From the human T2T-CHM13v2.0 reference genome, Homo sapiens, in assembly GCF_009914755.1 (NCBI RefSeq), contig NC_060943.1: 64,000 nucleotides of DNA; one strand, written 5' to 3'. A program made the translations under genes and the position numbers. Below the pieces are notes generated by a model. It worked only from the letters and a program-made list of their open reading frames with translations. It did no database searches and had not been told where the DNA came from. Shown here piece after piece: positions 1-13,925 of the stretch (position 1 is the first letter of the stretch; each line of letters starts with the position of its first letter).

Positions 1-15
1 CATTAAAGTCAATAG

Positions 16-425
<410 letters not shown>

Positions 426-951
426 TAATCACCTATCATTCATGCCCTGAATTATCTTCTCCCTGCTACTGCCCACTGTCCTCACCTATCATTTTCCTAA
501 AAGCCTCATAAAGCAGATCACCTTGTCACACTTGCAGACTGAGGCTACTCACTATGGAATTCTACCTTAGCTACCTGGAAAGCTCTAGTCTGTAAAGTTT
601 CAAAGTGTTCCCAAGTGTGGTCAATCATCTGTAACTTATCAAACCCATAAGACCCTGTTTCCCTGTGGGGACTGATTCCTCCACTGTTCCAATATTCTTC
701 CTGACCAAGGTCTGAGCACAGAGCACAGACTGAATAACTTTTTCAAAGAAAACATCAAAGCCAGTAGGAAACAGAGGTACAAATAGGAAGAGCAGTGACT
801 TTTTTTTTTTTTGTCACCAACCTTCACTGTAATGGGACAAACTGGGGTGTAAGATCGTGAATTCTAGGTACGAAGCTTCAGGTTAAATAATAACAGTCAC
901 CTAACCTGAAAGTCACCATATTTCAAGGAAAAGAGAGAAATACAAACTTAC

Positions 952-960
952 ATGGACCAT
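952..960 (-). CDS. ZNF780A: First coding codons (ATG GTC CAT = M-V-H) of a KRAB-C2H2 zinc-finger gene; the KRAB-A and finger exons lie left of the window
   Basis: Exon 1005-952 is bounded by acceptor cctttttgttgttgttgttttccag and phase-0 donor gtaagt (951-946). A short exon ending ...NSSN-M-V-H is typical of the pre-KRAB exon, and MVH|GSVTFRDV is the ZNF780A/B N-terminus as recalled. A rather than B is inferred from the long upstream intergenic stretch containing a V1R pseudogene. Confidence 0.78.
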
Positions 961-1005
961 GTTGCTAGAATTACAAAACTGGTCAATCTTCCTCGGGCTT
1001 CTCCC
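952..1005 (-). other. ZNF780A: ATG-containing exon (54 nt) of the KRAB-ZNF gene
   Basis: Canonical AG at 1007-1006 after a T-rich tract; GTAAGT donor at 951-946. Confidence 0.8.
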
Positions 1006-1806
1006 CTGGAAAACAACAACAACAAAAAGGCCACAATTAAAGCTGTGTCTCAAAAGCAAATAACTATTTTATCCTCCGTTCCTATTTCTCAACTACTCCT
1101 GCTAACACGCACACTTCCACCCTTCTCCCATCACTCCCCTTGCCCCCACACACACTCTCTCACAAATAGCTGGCAGTGAACGGGTGGAGTAGGGATGAAA
1201 CCAAGCTCTCGCCTGCATCCCAGGGAACCTGCGGCAGAAGCATGAATGCCGAGCACAGGCATTTCTGCCTTGAAGTTGTGGCTTCCAGCCAGTCCTCCAT
1301 TCTTGGGATACCTATCTTGGCCTAGGTCTGGACCTCTGATCCTGCCCTTAGCAGATCCTCCTCCCCCAGTCCCACCTTTCAGAGCTGAGAAGGGATTGCA
1401 TCATCCAAACCAGAACCTCTTTGTGAAATCAGGATTGGGTGCAGTGGGGGAAGGCATGAGAACTGGAAAGCATATTTGCACTGGCAGTGTTTGCACCAAA
1501 TTGCACTGACAGTGTTCAGCATTCTAAATTCAGCAAAAGCCAGTTGGTTAATACAGTTCAGAACATCCACTTAATAGAATACAAAGTAAATATTAAACGT
1601 TCAAGATATATGATTAACAGAAAAATCAGGTTACAAAACAGGATAGATAATATGATTACATTTGTAAAATATATGTATATAGAAATACTAATAAAAAGAC
1701 TAACAGACATTAATAGAAAAAAATTTAGAAAATTATATACATGTTAAGAGTTCTCCTCTGTGTATTGTAGCTCCAATTTTCTTCTTTTTGCTTAAGAGCA
1801 TTTCAT

Positions 1807-2112
<306 letters not shown>

Positions 2113-2138
2113 TTAACTTGGAATATATATAGTTATAT

Positions 2139-2225
2139 TCACACACACACACACGTGTGTGTATATATATATGTGTGTGTGTATATATATATTTATATAT
2201 ATATATGTGTGTGTGTGTGTGTATG
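2139..2225. repeat. Compound (CA)/(TG)/(TA) microsatellite
   Basis: Alternating purine-pyrimidine tract. Confidence 0.9.
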
Positions 2226-2900
2226 CATCTCTATATATGGACATATATAAATGTACATACACATTTCTTTCCTATGAGGAAACTTCTCCAAATTAGATGA
2301 AAGACACTTTTTATTTAGATATCTCCCTTTGAACTTGGGGTGGGAAATCAGCATACTCTAATGAACTGTTGTTTTTACTTAACAAGTTTGTTTCCTTTAT
2401 TTTCCAATTCTTGACCAACACTAAGATGTCTATGTTTTTCTATGTATGTTGGAGCAATCTCTAGAAAAAATTGTCTACAAGTCCCCAACCAATGTCTTGT
2501 ATGCATTAATGATAGTCTATTTCTACTTTTGAAGTAAAAAATAAAAACAGAGTTATCAGGAAAAAAACCTGAGCCTGTCACGAGATTCAACAAAAGAGGT
2601 TAAAGTGACTACAACAAATAACATCAGCTAGTTCTAATATCCTTTAGCTGTATCTCACCAATATAATTAGATATTCTCATTATCAAGATTCTTCTTTGAA
2701 TGAACACAATGCAGATAAGTGGCATTTGCAAACTATGTGAGAAAATTTGTGAAATATACACCACCATGCTTGGTTCCCTTCTTCACCAAATAACCAATTA
2801 AAATATTATTTTAGATATAATTCTTATAGAATGCCTTCAGATAGAATTCTTATAGAATTCTTATACAAAAACCCTATCTTAGTATATGGGATTCATATAA

Positions 2901-3209
<309 letters not shown>

Positions 3210-3441
3210 CCATGTAACATTTTCTTGAGTATTATTGTTCATAGCATGAATATTGCTTAATGATATATCAAATATTTTTCTTTTCATAATTCCTTATAGA
3301 CATCATTTTATTACCTGTGTAATACTCTATCACTTGAGTCTAGTATGATTAGCTTAATGATTTCTGTATTATAGGACACTTATTTTATACAAGATCATTT
3401 ACAATGTCATTCCAGATATCACAATCTTTTGATTCTGGACT

Positions 3442-3635
3442 ACAGTTTTTCACCCTAGGCACTACTGACATATTGTGCTGGATAATTCTTAGATGGGAGA
3501 GTGGGGAGAGCTATCCTGTGCATAACACAATGTTTAGCAGCATTCCTGACCTCTATCCATTAGATCTAAGTAGCACCCTCCCCGACAGCATGACAACCGA
3601 AAGTTTCTAAACATCACCCCAGCTGAGAACCAATG
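3442..3635. mobile_element. MER20 (hAT-Charlie) non-autonomous DNA transposon
   Basis: ggcactactgacat...ggataattct...tcctgtgcat...atgtttagcagcat...tgagaacca matches the recalled MER20 consensus. Confidence 0.8.
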
Positions 3636-3833
3636 TTCTATCTAGATCAATGGATCCAAACCTCATGGGTCACATAAATTTTTTTGATAATCTTATGAAA
3701 TGATACACTATTTCTCCCCCTAAAACCCACATTTATAAATTTCTATAATACTTCAATATTTTATTTCAAGAGCTTTTGGTCCCTGAGACCATAAATGGAG
3801 TCACAGGAACTCAGGTTAAGAATTTCTGTCCTA

Positions 3834-5526
3834 CATTCCTTACAGAAACAGGAAAAAAACAAAAATGCTAAAATTTGTATAGAACCACAAAAGACCCAAA
3901 TAGCCAAAGCAATCTTGAGCAAAAGGAACAAAGTTGGACTCATCAAAACTATCTGACTTCAAGATATACTACAAAGCTATAGTAACCAAAACAACAAGGT
4001 ACTGACATAAAAACAGACACATAGACCAAAGAAACAGAATAGAGAGGCCCAGAATAAATCCATATATTTATAACCAACCGAGTTTTGAGGAGGGTACCAA
4101 GAACATACAATGGGGAAAAGAGAGACTCTTCAAAAAATACTGTTGTGAAAAGTAGGTATCCATATGCAGAAAAATGAAATTAGACCCTTATCTCAAACCA
4201 TTATACAAACATCAACTCTAAACAGATTAAAGACTTAAATGTAAGATCCTAAACTATGAAACAAATAGAAGAAAACATAGGGGGAAAGCTCTGTGAAACT
4301 GATCTGAGCAATGATTTTTTTTGGGATATGACCTCAAAAGCACAGGTAACAAAAGCAAAAATGAACGAATGAAATTATGTCAAGCTAAAAAGCTTCTGCA
4401 CAGAAAAGGAAACAATCAACAAAGTGAAGAGACATCTTGTAGAATGAGAGAAAATATTTGCAACCATATATATGATAAGAGATTAAGATCCAAAATGTAT
4501 GCAGAAGTCAAACAACTCAACAGCAAAAAAAAACCTGATTAAAAGATGGGCAAAGGACCTGAACAGGCACATCCCAAAAGAAGACATATAAATGGCCAAC
4601 AGTTTATGAAAAAATACTCAACATCACTAATCATCAGGGAAATGAAAATTAAACCCGCAATAAGATATTAGCTCATACCTGTTAGGGTGGCTACTGGAAA
4701 GACAAATGTTAACAAGTATTGGCAAGAAAAGGGGAACGCTTACACACTGTGGGTGAGAATGTAAATGGGCACAGCCATTATGGAAAACAGTATGGAGGTT
4801 CCTCAAAAAATTAGAAATAGAACTACCATATGATCCAGCCATCCCACTACTGGGAATATATCTCCAAAGGAAATGAAATCTGTATGTCAAAGAGATATCA
4901 GCATACCCATGTTTATTGCAGCATTATTCACAATAGCCAAGATATGGCATCAACCTACGCGTCTAACAATGAATAAATGGATAAAGAAAATGTGGTATAT
5001 ATGCAGGTATATTTACACAAGGGAATACTATTTAGCCATAAAAAGCAGGAAATTCTGTCATTTGCAAAAACATGGATGAACCTGGAGAACATCATATTAA
5101 GTGAAGTAAGCCAAGCACAGAAAGACATATGATCTCACTCTTCAGCCAAATCTAAAAAAGTTGATATCATAGAAGTGGAGAGTAGAATCGTATTTACAGA
5201 TCTGGGGTAATGTGGGTGAGGGAGGAAGGAGGGCAGTGTTGACTGGGGAAATGTTGGTCAAAGGATACAAAATTTCAGGAAGATAAGAGAAATAAGTTCA
5301 GGAGATCTATTACACAACAGGGTATCTCCAATTAATAACAATATTCTGTAGTCTTGAAAAATGCTAGGAGGGTGGATATTAAGTGTTCTCACCACAAAAA
5401 TGATAACTATGTGAGGTAATGCATTGTTAATTAGCTAGATTTAGTCATTCCACAATGTATACATACCATAAAACTTCATGTTGCACATGATAAATACATA
5501 CAATTATATCTGTCGATTTAAAAAGA
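3834..5526 (+). mobile_element. 5'-truncated L1MA-type LINE-1 in the ZNF intron (antisense to the gene)
   Basis: Degenerate ORF2 C-terminus and L1MA-type 3'UTR; perfect 16-bp TSD aagaatttctgtccta at 3818-3833 and 5527-5542. Confidence 0.9.
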
Positions 5527-5824
5527 AAGAATTTCTGTCCTAGATCATTTGAGCCCCTCACTCATTTTCTTAATATACAACCAGCAGTCGCAATGAATCA
5601 CATATTCCCAATGCTCCTGTTCTGTAGAGAGTCAAGGGGAATGACTTAAAATGACTACACAAAAAACAACAGTTAAAACATATTAAACATTATTATATGC
5701 CTAGCACTGCTCTAAGGGGCTTTACGATATTAATTCATTCTAATGACAGAACCAATATTCCAACCCAGATACTCTGGATCCACTCCCCTATTCTTAACCA
5801 CAACAGTGTACTGCCTCTCACAGT

Positions 5825-5825
<1 letters not shown>

Positions 5826-5856
<31 letters not shown>

Positions 5857-5861
5857 ACACA
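5826..5861. repeat. (CA)n microsatellite
   Basis: Direct reading. Confidence 0.9.
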
Positions 5862-6372
5862 CGCCTAAAACACAACTGGAGCTGCCAAACCTCAGAGAGA
5901 TCTGGCAAGTATTACAAATATCATCTCATGGACTCCCTGGAAAAATCCTGGCTCTTGTTGATACCAATTTCTGTGCGGTCACTTTTCCACTACCGAATGC
6001 CTCACAGGCAATGGAGATCATCCAACCATCTCCATTCTTCCCTGTTTTGAAAAGGAGGTCTGTAAAGACCAACTGATGTCTAGTGTGTGATTCCACCTAA
6101 ACACTAATCTCCTCCTTCCCAAATATGGGTCTAAAATGGAGCTTTAATATTAACTACTGGAGGTGTATTTCTATACCAGCTTCGAAAAAGAGAGCGCACA
6201 GGAAGGTGTGAACGATTTGCCAAATTGTTTTGTGACTATTAAGTGGAAAGGTGAAGGAGGGGGCACGAATCAATTTGCATATCCCCCTAGTTTCACTGAA
6301 AATTTAAGGGGAAATCTCAATATTCTAAAATCAAAAACGCATGTCTTGAACAAATACAAAGCACAAACTCAC

Positions 6373-6494
6373 CCTTGACTTTAGGTGTGCAGCAGTAACG
6401 CTCTCATCCTCCTCCAGGTCCTTCTTTTGGATAAAAATACGACTGGAGAAGGATACGGCAAGCGTGAGACTCCAGGCATTTCTTGGAGCGCAGA
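6373..6494 (-). other. ZNF780A: 5'UTR exon of the KRAB-ZNF gene (alternative acceptors give 6494-6373 or 6442-6373)
   Basis: Donor AGG|gtgagt (6372-6367); acceptors gtgttttcaaacttag (AG 6496-6495) and ccttctccag (AG 6444-6443). Confidence 0.6.
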
Positions 6495-6759
6495 CTAAGT
6501 TTGAAAACACCCTCCCTCCATAGCCACAATTTCCCTCACTTCACACGAAATAGGAAGGAAGTAAAAGGAAGAGGAATCGATTCAACCAGTACAACCAGTT
6601 TGGAGCTGGTTTCTGGGGACAGAGCTCTGAGGACGCTGTGGTTCTCAACATGTAGCTGCCCCCCTGGGGAACACTCGGGGGCACTTCTGCGCTTTCTTGT
6701 GTAAAGCTTCATTCTCGGCTCAATATCTGACCTCCCTACTGGGGCCATTCCTCTGCTGC

Positions 6760-7370
6760 AGTCCCCGCAGCTGTGAAGCGGAAAGAGGGAGGAAGCAGCA
6801 GGAGCCTAGGGGCACCGGCACAGTGTCACTCAGCAAAGTGCGCTGCGTCCACACGCCCTCCCGGGCCTGTGCATAGAACCTCACGCACACACTCACAGTC
6901 CCCTCCGTCACTCATGATCTCACAATCCCCCTCCTCTGATACCCGCGCACACACACGCCTGGGGATCCGGCAGATCCCGTCTGCACCCCCGGGTTCCTAC
7001 TCTGAGCGCCTCCCCCTAGGCCACCCGCACTGTCGGGTCAGTCAGGCTGGAGCCCCAATCCGCAGAGATCTCCCGCAGCCACAGATCTCTTCCTCAGACG
7101 TGAAGACCTTACCCCGCTATGTCGTCGACCCCGGAGACCGGAAGTGGACTGGCGCGGTGGCCGCTGGGAAATACAGTCCCGAACAGAAAAAGCCTCAGAA
7201 GCCTTGAGCTGTGATCCGTTCAGGTTGATCCCAGCATACTATGGGGGCTGACCCCTAAGGGAGCCGAGCCTAGTGGATTCGTGGGAGTTCCAGCCCGCGG
7301 GGTGCACAGGTTGTTGCCATGAGCAAGGATCCCCATGTGAGAAGAGCGTTTCCCTCTCGGAGCGTCAGTA
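6760..7370 (-). promoter_or_regulatory. CpG-island promoter with ETS/GABPA site CCGGAAGTG (7138-7146) and ZNF143/SBS-type motif GGGACTGTATTTCCCAGCGGC (minus strand, ~7160-7180)
   Basis: Only non-repeat CpG-rich stretch in the window; the ETS + ACTACAnnTCCCAG-like pair is the usual KRAB-ZNF promoter layout. Confidence 0.8.
6897..7145 (-). other. ZNF780A: Probable first exon of the KRAB-ZNF gene (candidate donors GACT|gtgagt at 6896-6891 and GGG|gtaagg at 7112-7107)
   Basis: Lies in the CpG-rich segment directly downstream of the ETS/ZNF143 promoter motifs; the exact TSS cannot be read from sequence. Confidence 0.55.
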
Positions 7371-7919
7371 TAATTTACTTTTTCTCTCCATGGAGAATGC
7401 AAATGAGCAGAACTTTTAAAGAAGAAAGAAGAATTTAAAGTAAAATTATGTCAACATGTAGGTGCTTTAACTCCTTTGTCTCAGACCCCAGCGATAGGCT
7501 TCCACTTCTCTGTGCTATTTGAAGGGGACTTAGGATAAATTTGAAAAGCTTGAACTAAAGAATTGGTTGGTTATATACTAGGAGAGGAAGTGTGGTTCAC
7601 ATTGGAGATTTCAGAATCAAATGTCCTGGATTCTTCGAGACAATGTTCCTGTTATCTGGAGAGAAAAACGTGATTCAGGACGACATGGAAACGGATAAAA
7701 ATACACAGATAATTACTTGCCTTATCTTGAAGGATGAATAATTAACACTTTGTTAAAATAGTATAAACAAATGCAAAAAAGGGCTTGCTTTTCCTAGGAA
7801 GAGCCTGATTTCACTGTTGTAGTCTAACAATATTTAACTTTCAAAATCATTTTTCTAGTTTCCTATGCTACATAAGGAGGAAACATGTAATAATAAAGAG
7901 CAAAACGTCTTTTCATTCC

Positions 7920-9067
7920 AGAATTGTGACAGAAAACAAATAAGATGATTAACTCAACCATATCAATAATCACATTAAATGTAAATGGTCTAAACACCTT
8001 AATTTAAAAAGATTGTCAGATTGGATTTTTTAAAAAGTCAGACCCAAATGTGCATCAATGATAGACTGGATTAAGAAAATGTGGCACATATACACCATGG
8101 AATACTATGCAGCCATAAAAAGGATGAGTTCATGTCGTTTGTAGGGACATGGATGAAGCTGGAAACCATCATTCTGAGCAAACTATCGCAAGGACAGAAA
8201 ACCAAACACCAAATGTTCTCAGTCATAGGTGAGAATTGAACAATGAGAACACTTGGACACAGGGTGGAGAACATCACACACCGGGGCCTATAGTGGGGTC
8301 GGGGGAGGGGGAAGGGATAGCATTAGAAGATATACCTAATGTAAATGACGAGTTAATGGGTGCAGCACACCAACATGGCACATGTATACATATGTAACAA
8401 ACCTGCACTTTGTGCACATGTACCCTAGAACTTAAAGTATAATAAAAAAAGATAATTAAATAAATAAATAAACAAAAAGTCAGACCCAAATGGGTGCTAC
8501 CTACAGGTAATATGTTAAATGAAAAGCACTAAAAGGTTAAGAGTAAAAGGATGGAAAAATATACACCATCCTAACACTAGTCAAAAGAAAGCTGGAGTGG
8601 CTTTATTAAAAACAAAGTAGACTCCGGACATAGACTATTACCAGAGATAAAGAAGGGCATAATAATGATAAAGGAGATAGCTCATCGAGTAGAAAAAAAC
8701 AAACATAAATTTTGCTCCTAAAAGCAAAGCTTCTAAGTATGGGAAGAAAAATCTATTAGATCGAAAAGGAGACAGATCCACAATTATAGTCAGATATTTC
8801 AATATATCTCTCTTGGTAATTGATAGAACAAACACAGAAAAGCAACAGGGTATAGCAGATTTGAGCTACATATCAACTTACTTGATCTCATTTATATTTG
8901 AGAACACTCTCCTCAATGACAGTAAAATTCATCTATGTGGACAGGGGATACTTACCAGTATAGGCCATATTCTGGGCCATAAAACAAGTCTCAATAAATG
9001 TAAGAGGATTCGAGTCATACAAAGCATATTCTTTGACAAAAATGGAATTAAATTAGAACTCAATAAT
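7920..9067 (+). mobile_element. Old L1M ORF2 endonuclease-region fragment, interrupted by a young L1
   Basis: atatcaataatcacattaaatgtaaatggtctaaac ... gggccataaaacaagtctcaataaa are L1 ORF2 N-terminal sequences. Confidence 0.8.
8051..8473 (+). mobile_element. L1PA (about PA4-6) 3' end insertion
   Basis: L1PA 3'UTR and polyA; 19-bp TSD aaaaagtcagacccaaatg at 8032-8050 and 8474-8492. Confidence 0.92.
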
Positions 9068-10050
9068 AGCTGAATATATAATATATTGTCCAAAGTAGTA
9101 CAAATTCGAAAAGGTATGAATACTAAGGTAATTGAAATTATGTAATGTTTGAAAAATTCCTGTATTAATTATAATATTCTGTTATATCCTAAAGGGTGAA
9201 ACAATAACATATATACGTTAAAGCAAAATAACAATTTTGTAGTAAGGAAAAAAATTTTTAAGCTATTTATGTTGACTAAACATTAGAATAAAGCGGAGAA
9301 TAATTATATTTAAGTATATTCTGATACTTTAATCGATTTCCTAACCAATATCACCATTCTTTTTAAGTATTTTCTTTCAATGTGGTCTATTATTTTTAAA
9401 TTTTGATAAAATTTTATGCAATCTTCAATGTTGGACTTTATGTTTAATAAACTCAAAATTATAGCTACCTTCAAATGACTCTTCTCTGAACACCATACTT
9501 TTTAAACTGAGATATATACTCTGTATATACTAAGGTAACCAGAAGTCTCAGAATATATCCAATGAAATGGAAGATATCCTCACAAGTATTGTGAATATTG
9601 AATATGGAAAAATTAGATTGCAGTTCATATTCTTGTAGTTAATGTATCTTGCCTTCAAGGTACATCTCTTTTTTTGCCATCTCTTTTTTGTACCCTAAGA
9701 AGGGTACATTTCTTTGATAATTATCTTTACAAGGCAAACATATTGGTTCTATTTATGATTCCTTTGAATGTTAAGCCAAATTTAGATGCTGCAGTAACAT
9801 AAGGCTTCTCAACTGCGCTCCATTCTGACACAAATTGCAAATTGATCCAGTTAAAAATTGGAGCATCATCAAAAGACTATTCCCATAGCTGAAGAAATTC
9901 CTCAGTAAAATTGAAGAATTTCAAAATTAAATCCTGTATGCCATCTGATATTTCATGACTTAATTCATTCAGTTTCTTTCTTAATTTGTAGGACTAAATC
10001 CCATTGTCTTCATGTTGGCCAGTTCTGATAACTGAAATTCAGTTGAATTT
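9068..10050 (-). mobile_element. hAT (Blackjack-like) DNA transposon relic with decayed transposase C-terminus
   Basis: Minus-strand frames give ...KFFNFTEEFLQLWE*SFDDAPIFNWINL... and ...WCSEKSHLKVAIILSLLNIKSNIEDCIKFYQNLK, resembling the hAT dimerization region. The left end atatataatatattgtccaaa resembles the Blackjack/MER94 terminus. Confidence 0.65.
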
Positions 10051-10099
10051 CTATGTTGAATAGGAGTGGTAAGAGAAGACATCTTTGTCTTGTGCCAAA

Positions 10100-10870
10100 T
10101 CAACACAATCTTAAACAACCAAAGGATTAAAGAATGAATACAAAAATTTAGAAAATATTTTAGATAAATACAAATAAAAACACATGTTACCAAAGTTTAT
10201 GATATGCTTATTACTAAGAGAAAAATTTATAGCTCTACATGCCTATATAAAAGAAGAAAGATGTCAAATCAACAACCTAACTGTACAACTTTAGGAATTA
10301 GAACATGAAAAATAGCAAAACAATAAATAAATAGAAGACAAGAAAGGAAGGAAATAATAAAAATAAGAGTGGAGTTAAATAGAGAATAGAAAAATAATAC
10401 AGAAAAATTACAAAATTAAAAGTGGTTCTTTGAAAAGATCAAAAGAAGTAGCAAAATCTTAGCTGGATTGACTGAGAAAAAAATAGAAAAGACTCAAATT
10501 ACTAAAGTCAGAGGTGAAAGTGGAGACATTACTAACCTTACAGAAATGAAAATGATTATAGAAGAATATTATAAACAATTGTATGCCAACAAAATAAACT
10601 AAATGGAAAGGAACAATTCTTTTTTTGCAATATTTATTTATTATTATACTTTTAAGTTCTGGGATACATGTGCAGAATGTGCAGGTTTGTTACATAGGTA
10701 TACACGTGCCATGGTGGTTTGCTGCACCTATCAACCTGTCATCTACATTAGGTATTTCTCCTAATGCTATCCCTCCTCTAGTCCCCCACCCCCGACAGGC
10801 CCCAGTGTGTGATGAGGAACAATTCTTTACACAAACTGTCACTGATTCAAGAAGAAATAGAAAATCTTAA
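10100..10870 (+). mobile_element. Old L1M ORF2 fragment, interrupted at 10623-10814
   Basis: caacacaatcttaaacaacc ... aaacaattgtatgccaacaaa ... gaagaaatagaaaatct are L1 ORF2 motifs. Confidence 0.8.
10623..10814 (-). mobile_element. Short L1PA (about PA7/8) 3' end
   Basis: Antisense 3'UTR; 14-bp TSD aggaacaattcttt at 10609-10622 and 10815-10828. Confidence 0.88.
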
Positions 10871-12343
10871 GAGGAGTGATGTCAGCAAGATTGGAGAATG
10901 GGACTTTCCAGCACTTAGCCCTCACATCAATTTAAACATCTGTTTACTCATGAACAAACTTTCACAAGAGCTAAAGTATCCAAGTAAGAGATTAGAGCAC
11001 CTTGCTGTAGCACAGAAACAGGAAAAGATACATTAAAGAGGCTAAGAAGGAGCGTTTTGCATTACCTAGTCCATCACTCTCCCAAGCCCAGCCCAGAAAT
11101 TATAGTGTGGTGAGATACCCTCCGTGTTAGAGGATGAATAAAGTGAACACCAACTTTGCTGTGGACCCTGGCAGCAGGACTACTCCACTGAAACCCAATG
11201 ACCAGCTGGCCCCCTTGACCCAAACTCCAAGGTGGCACCCTCAGCTCCAGGCACAAAGCTGGCACCCACAGATCCAAGCTCCAGGATAACCCCCATGGAT
11301 ACAGGCTGTCAGCCTACCCAGCCCCTGTGGCTCCAGTCTCTAAGCTGGCTCCCATGGTCCTACACTCTGACAAACCCAGGGTTCAAACCCACTCCACCGC
11401 ATCCAATATCCAGACCTGGCCCAGGAGACCCCAAGTGCCAGGCCAGCTCCTAGAGACCAAAGCTTTAGAACCACACCTAAAAACACAGGCTCCAGGCTGG
11501 CCTCCATATCCCTAGGACAGCACCCACAGCCTCAAGCTTCAGACTGACCCCTGTGGAATCCAGACCCAAATATGCCCCAGACCAGACCCAAGCTCCAGGC
11601 TGGTTCTTGTGACCCTATGCTCCAGTGGACCCAGGGTCCACGCCTGCCCAAGCGGATCCTGGAAGCAGGGTGACCCCTATGAGCTCAAGACCAAGGCATA
11701 TTATGGGCCTATGTCCAGACCACCCCAGCACCAGGTCAACCTCTGTGGACCCAGACTTCAGGCTGGTTCCCATGGACAGTCCTCAGGCCTATCCATTTGT
11801 TGACCCTGGCACCAGACCAGCATGTCTGATAACTTCAGCAGTAATCCCACCCACAAACTTCTCTATACAGCCCACCCAATATCTCTGATGAAGGGCTTTC
11901 ACTACCAAAGCTAGTCTGTAAAGACTAGAAGGGATGCCTACTTCTTCAAATGTTCAACACCAAAGCAAGTTCACAAAGATCATGAATAATTAAGAAAACA
12001 TGACACCAACACAAATCAAAATAAACCATCAGTAACCAACTCTAAAGAAATGAACATTTACAAAATGCCTGGCAAAGAATTCAAAATGACTGTTTTAAAG
12101 AAACTCAGTGAGCAAACAAGAGAATACAGATAAACACTAAACAAAATCAGGAAAATGATATAGGAACAAAATTAGAAGTTCAAAAAAGAGATAGAAAACA
12201 TAGCAAATTTTTGCAAACAAAAATTCTGGAACTAAAGAACACAATAACAGACTGAAAAATTCCATAGAATGCCTGAAGAGCAGACTTAAGCAGAATAAAG
12301 AATTAATGAGCTTGAAGACAGGTCATTTAAAAGTTAAAAGACA

Positions 12344-12655
12344 GGCCAGGTGCAGTGGCTCACACCTGCAATTCCAAAACTTTGAGAGGCCAATGTGGGA
12401 GAATTGCTTGAGGCCAGGAGTTGAGACCAGCATGGGCAACATAGTGAGACCTTAATTCTACAAAACAAACAAAATTTTTTAATTTAAAAAAATTTAGCTG
12501 GGCATGGTGGTGCAGAGCTGTAGTCCTAACTACTCAGGAGGCTGAGGCATGAGGATAACTCGAGCCCAGGAGTTTGAGGCTGCAGTGAGCTATGTTCATG
12601 TCAGTGTACCCTAGCCTGGGTGACAGTGAGACTCTGTCCCAAACAAAACAAAACA
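12344..12655 (+). mobile_element. Alu (J-type)
   Basis: Sense dimer with J diagnostics (gaggctgcagtgagctatg). Confidence 0.9.
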
Positions 12656-12733
12656 AGCTAAAAGGATTAAAAATGACTATAACTACAACAATTTGCCTAT
12701 GGGTACATGATATATACAAGATACAAATTATAC

Positions 12734-13001
<268 letters not shown>

Positions 13002-13046
13002 TTATGACATCAATAATGTAAAATATGAGGAGAGAAGAAAGTGTAG

Positions 13047-13345
<299 letters not shown>

Positions 13346-13800
13346 AAAGAGTGTAGAATTTTTGTATGCAGTTGAAGTTAAATTGTTATCAGCTTAAAAT
13401 AGGCTACTACAATTATAAGATGTTTTAGGTAATCCTTATAGTAACTACAAAGAAAAATACCTACAGTAAATACAAAAAAAGACAAAGAGAAAGGAATCAA
13501 AGCATATCACTACAAAATATCATCAAATAACAAAGGAAAACAGCAAGGGAGAAAAATAGAACAAAGGAACTACAAAATAGAAAACAATTAACAAATGGCA
13601 GTAGTAATGAATAATTACTTTAAATGCAAATGGATTAAATTTGCCAATCAAAACACATACAGTGGTTGAATGGATAAAAAAAAACAAGATCCAATAATAT
13701 TCTGCCTACAACAGACTCAGTTGTAAGGACACACATAGGCTGAAATTGAAGAATTGGAAAAGATATTTCATACAAATGGTAACCAGAAGACACCAGTGGT

Positions 13801-13925
13801 TGATGGGTGCAGTGGTATATTCCTGTAGTCCCAGCTACTCAGGAGTCTGATGTGGGAGGATTGCTTGAGCTCAGGAGTTCAAGGTCAGCCTGGGTAACAT
13901 AGCAACACCCATGTCTATTAAAATT
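13801..13925 (+). mobile_element. Alu monomer (FLAM/FRAM-like)
   Basis: Single degenerate arm. Confidence 0.75.

Noticed and set aside
6773-7207. 144-aa plus-strand ORF across the promoter
   Set aside because: Non-ATG start, low-complexity product of CpG-island composition, no recognisable domain.
11200-11890. C-rich quasi-repetitive stretch with several Pro-rich ORFs
   Set aside because: Follows an L1 5'-end motif and leads into ORF1, so it is an old L1 5'UTR.
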